This document shows positions 5,609-13,037 of a stretch of 26,170 nt of DNA, one piece after another. Each line of letters starts with the position of its first letter. Position 1 is the stretch's first letter. The position numbers and the translations under genes are program-made. The stretch lies in IMG/VR virus record IMGVR_UViG_3300028585_000060, positions 1-26,170 of that record; one strand, given 5' to 3'. The notes below the pieces were generated by a model. That model saw only the letters and a list, made by a program, of their open reading frames with translations. It searched no databases and was not told where the DNA came from. This stretch comes from a virus (Duplodnaviria; Caudoviricetes).

Positions 5609-7954
5609 TCACCAATAAATCTTCAGATCCCAGTTATCGAAGTCGACGTAGGTCCCTTCCTGCCAATAGACGGCAAAGTTTGGATCAGCGTTCGCTGGTG
5701 ACTTGGGTCGGAACACGGCGAAATTGTTAGCGTCAGACGCCGAGCCGATGATCCGCGTGAGGTTCCAGCTCGTGCCCTCCGCGTTGGTGGCATCGAACTG
5801 CAATGTCCGAGCCTTACCGTCTGGATAGCGCGCAGCGGTATAGACGCGTGGAAAAGCGAGACCGGCTTCCCCGCTAACCATTGCCGAGCCGTCGAAGTCC
5901 AACCCGGAACTGAAGCCGCGATTGTTCGGGTCGAGAGGCAATTCCGACGTGTTCCAATTGGCGAAATTGAGACGCCCGCCACTGCCTTTGTAGCTGTAGT
6001 ATTTGTACGTGAAGGCGTGGGCGGCATCCTGCCGTGCGAGAATCATCACCGTCGCCGTCTCGTTGATGTCTTGCACCTGATTGAAGGCATCGAACACGGG
6101 GGCTGCGTCCCAGCTTGCCCCGGCCGTCACGTCGGTGTTGGTCGTGGTGTTAAACGTGACCGCGCCGGAACCGTCGGTGATATCCCCGGTGACGACGTTC
6201 CACTCGAACACACGCCCGCCGAAGTTCATGAAGAGCGTGTCCGTACCGCTCCAGCCAAACCGGCCGTAAAGCTTCACGCTGCCCGACCGTCGAACAAGCG
6301 TGCGCGGCGCGGACCAAGTTACGCCGTCATCGGTCGACTTCAAGAAACCCCATGCCGTATCGCTGATGCGCGAGAACGCGTAAATATGACCGGTAGAGGC
6401 ATGCGTCCGAAGCTGGGAATATGCCGCCGTACCGATAGCCGCCGTTGTGACCGCGACTTCCGCCGAGAACGCAAAATCGGGCAACGTGGACCGCCGGAAG
6501 CGGACCGCCGAGTCAACGCTGTGACCAGTGTACATGATCAAAAGCGCCCCGGTCGCGGTAATCAGGAGCGCCGGATTATTGTGATCGTCGTACTGACTGT
6601 AGTTCGTCGCAAGGCGGAAATACGACGTGATTTGGCCAGTGTCGTTCCGGATGCGCGCTACCCACGGACCGCTCTTATAGTTGCCGCCGATGTAGCTGTA
6701 GTCTCCGCTGCGAACCGCATAATTGCCGAGGTAGCCGGTACCCGCGTTGCGCATCGTTCGACCGTTAAAGTCGGTGATGCTCATTGCGCTTTGTTTCCCC
6801 CCGTTCAGGACGGAAGGATACAGCGTGGCACGGGAGATGGTGGCGGTAAGCGTGTTGCTCGTCCCGACCGCAAATCGCCGCTTACCGCTGGCGAGATTTC
6901 CTGTGTTGGTAAAGCGCGGATCACTACCGCTAATAGCAACATTGAAACCGCTCGCCTTATAAGCGGCTGACGCTGCAAATTCGGTATTAACACCAACGGT
7001 CGCCGCGGTTTGAACAGTAGTTACGGTCGATCCCGAGAAATTGCGACCTAACGCAAAACCCGTGGAGCCTATTCGCAGCGACGTGTTTTGATTAGCCACG
7101 GCTGCGTTATCTAGAACGACAAGCGTTTCCTCAACTGCTGTTGGGGGCGTAATGCCATGAACGCGGATGTTGTATTCGCTGCCGACAAGATCGGTCGAAC
7201 TTTCTAGAAAGCCGCCAGCGCCCGAGTCCGTCCAGCTATCACCCAATGCGGGGAGCGCGGCCTTGAACTCGGCAAGGCTTTGATAGGTCACGCCCTTATA
7301 GAAAACTTTGTCGTTTACCTTGTCCCAATCGAAAATAGGGACCAGCCCGTCGAAAATTAGCGGAGCCCATGCGACAGTTTCCGTGTAGCTCGTGTCCGTC
7401 GTCTCCCCAGTAATTGCCGTGCTGCGGAGGGTGTAATTATAGACCCCGCTGGCCGTGCGATTGCCGCGAACCGCCTCACCTTGGATGCGACGCCCTGCCG
7501 GCAGATTACCAGACACCAAGGTCAAGTCGCGACCCTGTACGGGAACGAGAGCCGTACCAGACCCCGTCTGCGTCGATAGCGGCACTATCGCCGACGTGAC
7601 AGTCAGCACACCGCTTGCCCCCGTCGCACCGGTCGCCGCGACCGAGAAGTTGACCGTGCCTGCCGACAGCGCCGACATACCGACCACGACCTTCCAGCCT
7701 GCCGAGGCGTCGCCGGCGATGACTAGGCGGCCGTCGTTCGGGGTGACGGTCGGCGTAGCACCTGTCGGGACGTTGCTGATGTTCGACACCAGCGCGCCTG
7801 CCACGGCGTTCGATGCGATCGAGGGCGCGGGCACCGAAAGGGTAAGCGTCGGAATAGGCGGTGGAGTGACGCCGCCAGTGGCAACAAAAACACCGCGGGA
7901 TTGAGCCTTCGCTCCAGCAGAGCCGAAGACGCGGGGGTATCGTGAGCGGGCCAT
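5609..7954 (-). CDS. Multidomain carbohydrate-active protein: Ig/cadherin-like N-terminus, lectin-like middle, C-terminal BNR/Asp-box beta-propeller
   Basis: ATG 7954 after AAGGA; DDHNNPAL...YTGH and Asp-box STDDGVTW typical of BNR_4-type propellers; beta-rich composition. Confidence 0.75.
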   Translation of the reverse strand: MARSRYPRVFGSAGAKAQSRGVFVATGGVTPPPIPTLTLSVPAPSIASNAVAGALVSNISNVPTGATPTVTPNDGRLVIAGDASAGWKVVVGMSALSAGTVNFSVAATGATGASGVLTVTSAIVPLSTQTGSGTALVPVQGRDLTLVSGNLPAGRRIQGEAVRGNRTASGVYNYTLRSTAITGETTDTSYTETVAWAPLIFDGLVPIFDWDKVNDKVFYKGVTYQSLAEFKAALPALGDSWTDSGAGGFLESSTDLVGSEYNIRVHGITPPTAVEETLVVLDNAAVANQNTSLRIGSTGFALGRNFSGSTVTTVQTAATVGVNTEFAASAAYKASGFNVAISGSDPRFTNTGNLASGKRRFAVGTSNTLTATISRATLYPSVLNGGKQSAMSITDFNGRTMRNAGTGYLGNYAVRSGDYSYIGGNYKSGPWVARIRNDTGQITSYFRLATNYSQYDDHNNPALLITATGALLIMYTGHSVDSAVRFRRSTLPDFAFSAEVAVTTAAIGTAAYSQLRTHASTGHIYAFSRISDTAWGFLKSTDDGVTWSAPRTLVRRSGSVKLYGRFGWSGTDTLFMNFGGRVFEWNVVTGDITDGSGAVTFNTTTNTDVTAGASWDAAPVFDAFNQVQDINETATVMILARQDAAHAFTYKYYSYKGSGGRLNFANWNTSELPLDPNNRGFSSGLDFDGSAMVSGEAGLAFPRVYTAARYPDGKARTLQFDATNAEGTSWNLTRIIGSASDANNFAVFRPKSPANADPNFAVYWQEGTYVDFDNWDLKIYW

Positions 7955-8097
7955 CAATTGTCCTTCGGTGTAGAAGTAAAGTTAGATTGAGCAGGTGCGG
8001 CTTCTGCGGGAATTGAGAATGCCGCTGCCTGCGCAGCGCGCGACTGTGCTTTGGCAGCAGGCGAACCGAAGACGCGGGGATAGCGTGATCGAACCAT
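7954..8097 (-). CDS. Unannotated 47-aa ORF MVRSRYPRVFGSPAAKAQSRAAQAAAFSIPAEAAPAQSNFTSTPKDN
   Basis: AAAGGAAG RBS, ATG 8097, TGA overlaps the next ATG (TGATG); first 20 aa are 17/20 identical to the N-terminus of 5609-7954. Confidence 0.7.
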   Translation of the reverse strand: MVRSRYPRVFGSPAAKAQSRAAQAAAFSIPAEAAPAQSNFTSTPKDN

Positions 8098-8127
8098 AAG
8101 GCTTCCTTTGTGGTTGCGTTGTCGATT

Positions 8128-8391
8128 TCAGTGAGGCCAAGCGTCGACCGCGAGGCCGCGACGCACGTCGCAGAGCGCAAGATCGGCGCGGGCATCGCGG
8201 AGCGAGCCCTCCGCGTCCGCGCTGTTGGAGCTACCGTCCGGCTGCCGGCGTACCGGCGTTGCCGTGCATGGCTTCGCCGCCTCCGCTGGCACTGACGGGA
8301 TCACCGGCGAATAGTTCAGCGTCGAGCGCGTCGATCCCGCGCACGCGGTCAGCAGGCAGACAGGCAGCACGGCCAGCATCAGTTTGCGCAT
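8128..8391 (-). CDS. Outer-membrane spanin (Rz1-like lipoprotein)
   Basis: MRKLMLAVLPVCLLTAC lipobox, Pro-rich, overlaps the 3' end of the i-spanin in another frame. Confidence 0.8.
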   Translation of the reverse strand: MRKLMLAVLPVCLLTACAGSTRSTLNYSPVIPSVPAEAAKPCTATPVRRQPDGSSNSADAEGSLRDARADLALCDVRRGLAVDAWPH

Positions 8392-8680
8392 AGGTCCTCA
8401 CGGTGTCAGTGGATCGAAGAATGATGGGTTCGCGATTCGCGAGGCGGTCGGCGAAGGTCGTCAGCGCCGTGGTTTGCTGGACGGCGAACCGCTTTTCCGC
8501 AGCAGCGCGCAGCTGCTCGGCTTTCGCGATCTCGGCCGTCCATGCCGCCCGTTCTGACTTCAATGTTGCCGTGCGATCGGCGAGCGTCTCGCGAGTGAAG
8601 TGCAGCGCGATCAGCAGGCCGATCATCGGCACCGCCCACCAGAAGCGTCGCAGCAGGGCGAAGCCCCCCGCCCAGGTCAT
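8231..8680 (-). CDS. Inner-membrane spanin (Rz-like)
   Basis: ATGA overlap with endolysin stop; single N-terminal TM, Ala-rich coiled coil, C-terminal Cys (ACLPAD). Confidence 0.8.
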   Translation of the reverse strand: MTWAGGFALLRRFWWAVPMIGLLIALHFTRETLADRTATLKSERAAWTAEIAKAEQLRAAAEKRFAVQQTTALTTFADRLANREPIILRSTDTVRTYAQTDAGRAACLPADRVRGIDALDAELFAGDPVSASGGGEAMHGNAGTPAAGR

Positions 8681-9192
8681 GCTTCGTTCGAAGATGAGGG
8701 GACGCCCGCGGTCGAGGTCATCAGGCGGGGCTTCCCGATGACGGCGCGTCCGAGCGGCCAGCGCCGTGCGATACACCGCGACTTATCGAGCCGCATGATG
8801 CTGACCCGGTCGCCCTGATTGCCGCCCAGGACGTGGTAGTCCGTCTTGTCTTCGCCGACATAGAAGCCGACGTGACCGCCGCCCGTGCGATCGAAGACGA
8901 GCACCGCACCGGGCGCGATGCGATCGGCCGCAATGTTCGCGCCCCACGTCGCCCATGCCTTCGCACGCACCGCGATCGGCGCGGCCGAGATGTTATCCTC
9001 GGCAAGGCAGTGGGCGACGAACAGCCCGCACCATGGCACGCTGTCGGCGTTGTAAAGCATGCCCAGCACCTTTGTGCCGAGCCTCTTCGCCCAGCCCATG
9101 ATGGTCGGGTTATTCGCTGCCCCCGGTGCCTCGCGGGTGCCAAGAAGCGTCCGGGCATGGCGAAGCCACGCCGGCTCTGATGCCGTCGTCAT
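8677..9192 (-). CDS. Endolysin, TIGR02594-like NlpC/P60/CHAP-type cysteine amidase/peptidase
   Basis: PAWL...LLGTRE, DSVPWCGLFV, GGGHVGFYVG, VLGGNQ motifs; position upstream of spanins. Confidence 0.88.
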   Translation of the reverse strand: MTTASEPAWLRHARTLLGTREAPGAANNPTIMGWAKRLGTKVLGMLYNADSVPWCGLFVAHCLAEDNISAAPIAVRAKAWATWGANIAADRIAPGAVLVFDRTGGGHVGFYVGEDKTDYHVLGGNQGDRVSIMRLDKSRCIARRWPLGRAVIGKPRLMTSTAGVPSSSNEA

Positions 9193-9306
9193 GGTTTTTT
9201 CCTTCGATGTGAAGCTATCGGGCAGGTCGACCGTTGATCCCGCGCCGGAATTACCTCCAAGTGGTCCGGTCGGCCCGTCGTGAACCCCTCCCGGTTGGGC
9301 GGGCCG

Positions 9307-9741
9307 TTATTCTTCCGGCTTGTCGGTATCGATCCCGAACACCGTGCCGGCTTTCTTCAGGTAGCTTTCCGCGATCTTGAAAATGCCCTCGCCGAGCATG
9401 CCGAAGCCGGCGCCGTAGAGCAGCCCGCCGAGCGGTTCGGGCCGCTGCGAGATCACGATCGCGATCGAGAATGCGATGGCAATGCCCGATACCGGAATAT
9501 CAAGGCTCCAGCGGTGCTCCTTTCGAACCGCCTGAGCGGCACCGATCCACCACCGCGCCGCGCCGCAGGCAAACACAGCGGCGATCATGCCTGCCACCTC
9601 AAACGGATAGCCAAGGAAGTGGAGTACGATCGGCTGCGACGTGGACATCGTCGCGCCCTTCTGCGCCATCGCTGCCGCGGCGACAGGTAGTATAGCCGCC
9701 ATCGTTGCGCCCCCTTTGTAGATGCCCCCGGTGCTGATCAT
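9307..9741 (-). CDS. Membrane protein, putative holin
   Basis: ATGA overlap with upstream gene at 9738-9741; about 3 TM segments; charged C-terminus; directly upstream of endolysin. Confidence 0.6.
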   Translation of the reverse strand: MISTGGIYKGGATMAAILPVAAAAMAQKGATMSTSQPIVLHFLGYPFEVAGMIAAVFACGAARWWIGAAQAVRKEHRWSLDIPVSGIAIAFSIAIVISQRPEPLGGLLYGAGFGMLGEGIFKIAESYLKKAGTVFGIDTDKPEE

Positions 9742-10271
9742 CGCGTCGACACCACCCCGACCGCAGCAAGAAAGGTCCCCCCACCAAGCCAGAGCATTCG
9801 TCGGATCATCGGCCACGCCAGCCACATGTTGATCGCAAAGGGTTCTTTGCGCTGCTGCTCGATCATCCCCGGTTCCGAGCAGATGTAGAGCCCGAGGCCT
9901 GACAATCCGAACGCTACTGCAAAGGGATCGAATAGCCGTTTGACCGTCGCGTACATGCCGGATGTTGCCGGGTCGCGGGGGTCATAGCCCCAGAGGGTCA
10001 GCGCTTCGGCGCCGCAGCGGATCGTGATGCCGCATGCGAATATGATACCGAGCGCGCGATAGATCCACGCCGGCGATAGCCAGGTATCGAGGCGGCGATG
10101 CTTCCACGCGTCACCAGCCAGTTTCACCACTACCATGATTCCGACGAGGGTCGCGATCGTCATGACGGCGAGGTTGATGACGACGAGCCACCCCATGCCT
10201 TCGAAGCTGGGTTGCGCGATCGTGCGGGGGCCATTCGCGACCGCTTGGGCCGCGAAGCTGGTATTGCTCAT
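9738..10271 (-). CDS. Four-TM membrane protein in lysis cassette (holin/antiholin/accessory candidate)
   Basis: AAGGAG RBS; four hydrophobic segments; translationally coupled to 9307-9741. Confidence 0.65.
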   Translation of the reverse strand: MSNTSFAAQAVANGPRTIAQPSFEGMGWLVVINLAVMTIATLVGIMVVVKLAGDAWKHRRLDTWLSPAWIYRALGIIFACGITIRCGAEALTLWGYDPRDPATSGMYATVKRLFDPFAVAFGLSGLGLYICSEPGMIEQQRKEPFAINMWLAWPMIRRMLWLGGGTFLAAVGVVSTR

Positions 10272-10290
10272 TGTAAGGCTCCTTGGCCGG

Positions 10291-12618
10291 TTAGAGAGGC
10301 TGACCGCCGCTTGCGGCGAACTGACGCTCGATGCGGAAACGGATCGGATCGCTGCACGCTTGGTTCGGAATCACCAGGGCGTAGAGGCGCATGCGGATGA
10401 AACCGCGATATGCGGTGCCATCCCAACGCGCCCCGACAAGCGGCTGTTCGTTCGGCAGCGCGTACGGATTAGCGGCAGTTCCGCCACCCGGCGCGATCAC
10501 CTGGACGGCGTTCGATCGGAACTCACCATCGGTGCTGCGCAGCGAAAGCATCAGCGTGCGGTTCGGCGTGCTGCCGACACCATCCGATGTCCCGCCCGGC
10601 CCCGTGAGCCGATACGTGACGGACACACCACCTCGAACGCCCATCCAGAACGTGCCATTGGACGCTGTGGCGGCCGTGGTGCTTCGTCGGCCGAAGAACA
10701 CGACCATGTTCGGTCCGTCGCTGTCTTCTACGGCACGCCGAATGGTGGCGAAGGCTGTGAATTGCGGAAAGCGGAAGCCTCCCGGATCTCCCAGGTTGTA
10801 GAAGGTCGAAAGGCCATCGAAGTCGAGATAGGCGTACAACCCATCCGAGCGCAGGACTGCTTGCCGCTCCGGATCGGGCTGCCACATACGACGCCCGAAA
10901 CCGTCTTTGCCGGACACCGCCGCGACCAGATCACCGACCTGCGCCGGCACTGTCATGGCTAGATCCGCCCATAGGCCGATCCGGTTTCCGATATCGAACA
11001 CGCATCCATCGGCGCCGGGATAGTTGAAGATCTCGGCAACGCTGATCGGGTCGTCGTCAACATCGGTGATCGTGACCGCGAGAGGATAGATCGACAACGC
11101 GTTGTCATTCGCGTCGCGCACCGTGATGGTGATCCGCAGCGTCTTGCTACCGTCAGCCCCCGGACCGTTTGCGACATCATAGTCCTGCGCCCGCATCACG
11201 ATGGTGCGCCCCGAGACCGAGAATTTCCCGACGTCAGGTCCGGCTATGCTAAGCGTGCCCGGCTCGCTCAGCGTAAATAGAAGGTTCTGCGACTGGTTTT
11301 CGGCGATCTCGATCGACGTCCCCGCGGTGCTGGGCGTGACCACATAGGGCGCGGCAACGCCAGGCACCCGCCATGTGATGGTCTCGATCGTCGGCGCGAC
11401 GACGTCCGCGTGATCCCAGGTCGCATACAGCGCGTCGGCGTTGCCCTCGGTGTCGAACATCCTCACGCTCGATGGTTTTACCACGGCGTCCTGCGCAGCC
11501 TGATCGACCGCCATGAAGCCGGCCTCGAAGATATGGAACGGCGCGGTCGGAAGTGCCGACGTGATTGTATAGCTGCCGCCCTGAACGCGCACACGGCTAT
11601 GCTGGTAGGCGTACACCAGCCCCACGCTGCCAGAGCCCATCCGCACCGGGTTACGGGCGATACAGTCGATCAGCAGGGCATCGCCCCACATGCGGAACCC
11701 GCGTTTGTTGCCATCAGCCAGACAGCGGATCAGCGTAACCTGCCCCTTCAGATCGAACGCCCCGTCAGAATTGCCCTTCGCAGAGCAATCTACGTAGACG
11801 ATCCGGTAATTGCCGCGCTCGCACGAGAAGCCGTCACCGTTCCAATAGGACGTGCCGTTGTTCTGAATGTTATTGTTCGCCTTGACGCGGCGCAACGTGA
11901 TGTCGTGCGCCGTGTCGTCAAGCTGTATGCCCGTCGACCACAGATCGCCGTCCTGATTGGGGCCGGCGTCAAACTCGCAGTCCTCGATCTCGCCCTGCGC
12001 GCTGTCGTAGCGGATGATGACCGCTTGCTTGCTGTAGCCAAGGACATTGCACCGGCGAATGCCGAAGCCGACGATGTTTGCCGCGGTGCCGTTGTTCTGG
12101 ATCAGGCGGCGGATGTTGTTCGCCGTGATATCTTCGAAGGCGAGGTTGGTGTTGGACTGGCGCAGGCGAAACACGGTGCCGGCGTTGCGGAAATCCATCT
12201 GCTCGAAACGCAGGTTGCTCGCGCCCGCGTTGAGCCAGATTTGCTCGGTATTGTCGCCCCCGGTGAACGTCGGTGGATTTGCTCGCGCACCGACGAACCG
12301 CGCCTTCATCGGCAACCCGTTGACGTCGACCCCGCGAACCTTGACCGGCGCCGCCACGGTACCACCCCGTGTAAGCGTCTGGGTGCTCGTCGGCAGGGTG
12401 TACGTGCCGGCATCAGCGCGAAGCCAGACTTCGCCGCTACGCGCGCTCGCAGCGCTGATGAACGTGTTGAGGTTCGCCAGCGGCCCGGCGTTCCGCCAGC
12501 TGTCCCCCGACCAGTTACCGGCACCGCCCGGCGATATGTGCAGCACGGGCCGCGACGATGGCGGACCGAGCGTGCCGAGCAGCGCCGCGGCGAAACCGGC
12601 GTGGACGGCGAGCATCAT
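10291..12618 (-). CDS. Tailspike/depolymerase-like protein: beta-helix, cadherin-like domain, C-terminal lectin-like domain
   Basis: GAGNWSGDSWRNA, YWNGDGFSCERGN...DGAFDLKG; IAENQ...DYD...VTITDVDD cadherin-like signature; follows tail tip genes. Confidence 0.75.
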   Translation of the reverse strand: MMLAVHAGFAAALLGTLGPPSSRPVLHISPGGAGNWSGDSWRNAGPLANLNTFISAASARSGEVWLRADAGTYTLPTSTQTLTRGGTVAAPVKVRGVDVNGLPMKARFVGARANPPTFTGGDNTEQIWLNAGASNLRFEQMDFRNAGTVFRLRQSNTNLAFEDITANNIRRLIQNNGTAANIVGFGIRRCNVLGYSKQAVIIRYDSAQGEIEDCEFDAGPNQDGDLWSTGIQLDDTAHDITLRRVKANNNIQNNGTSYWNGDGFSCERGNYRIVYVDCSAKGNSDGAFDLKGQVTLIRCLADGNKRGFRMWGDALLIDCIARNPVRMGSGSVGLVYAYQHSRVRVQGGSYTITSALPTAPFHIFEAGFMAVDQAAQDAVVKPSSVRMFDTEGNADALYATWDHADVVAPTIETITWRVPGVAAPYVVTPSTAGTSIEIAENQSQNLLFTLSEPGTLSIAGPDVGKFSVSGRTIVMRAQDYDVANGPGADGSKTLRITITVRDANDNALSIYPLAVTITDVDDDPISVAEIFNYPGADGCVFDIGNRIGLWADLAMTVPAQVGDLVAAVSGKDGFGRRMWQPDPERQAVLRSDGLYAYLDFDGLSTFYNLGDPGGFRFPQFTAFATIRRAVEDSDGPNMVVFFGRRSTTAATASNGTFWMGVRGGVSVTYRLTGPGGTSDGVGSTPNRTLMLSLRSTDGEFRSNAVQVIAPGGGTAANPYALPNEQPLVGARWDGTAYRGFIRMRLYALVIPNQACSDPIRFRIERQFAASGGQPL

Positions 12619-13037
12619 CCGACCACCGCGGAGTCACCGGCCATGCGCCATGCGGCCGACACGCCGTCAACATTGCGAATGCACTTGACCATGATGCTGG
12701 CGGCCGTTCCGGCGGTGCCGTTGTGATTGAGGCGATGCTGAAGCGTAGCGCCGGCAGCGGGCACCAGGCGAAGCGGCGCCGTCTCATCCTGATCGAGCAG
12801 GAACAGCGTGCCGGCAGGTGCATCGGCCGGGAGCGTCAGCGTGATCGATGCCGCAGTCGCGCCATTGCCGACCAGCAGGGTTTTGCCGCCATGCTCGGCC
12901 GCGGACAGCGACCACGGCCCGGGACCGGTCAACGACTGCAACAGCACGCGACTGACGATTCCGCGCCACTGGTCGACGAGCGCGGAGAAGCGCTGCACGA
13001 GGTCGGCGAAGCTCGCCTGATCGACAGGATCAGCCAT
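12615..13037 (-). CDS. Small tail fibre/adaptor-like protein
   Basis: Coupled overlaps at both ends; ITLTLP...WRMAGD beta-rich module; synteny. Confidence 0.6.
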   Translation of the reverse strand: MADPVDQASFADLVQRFSALVDQWRGIVSRVLLQSLTGPGPWSLSAAEHGGKTLLVGNGATAASITLTLPADAPAGTLFLLDQDETAPLRLVPAAGATLQHRLNHNGTAGTAASIMVKCIRNVDGVSAAWRMAGDSAVVG

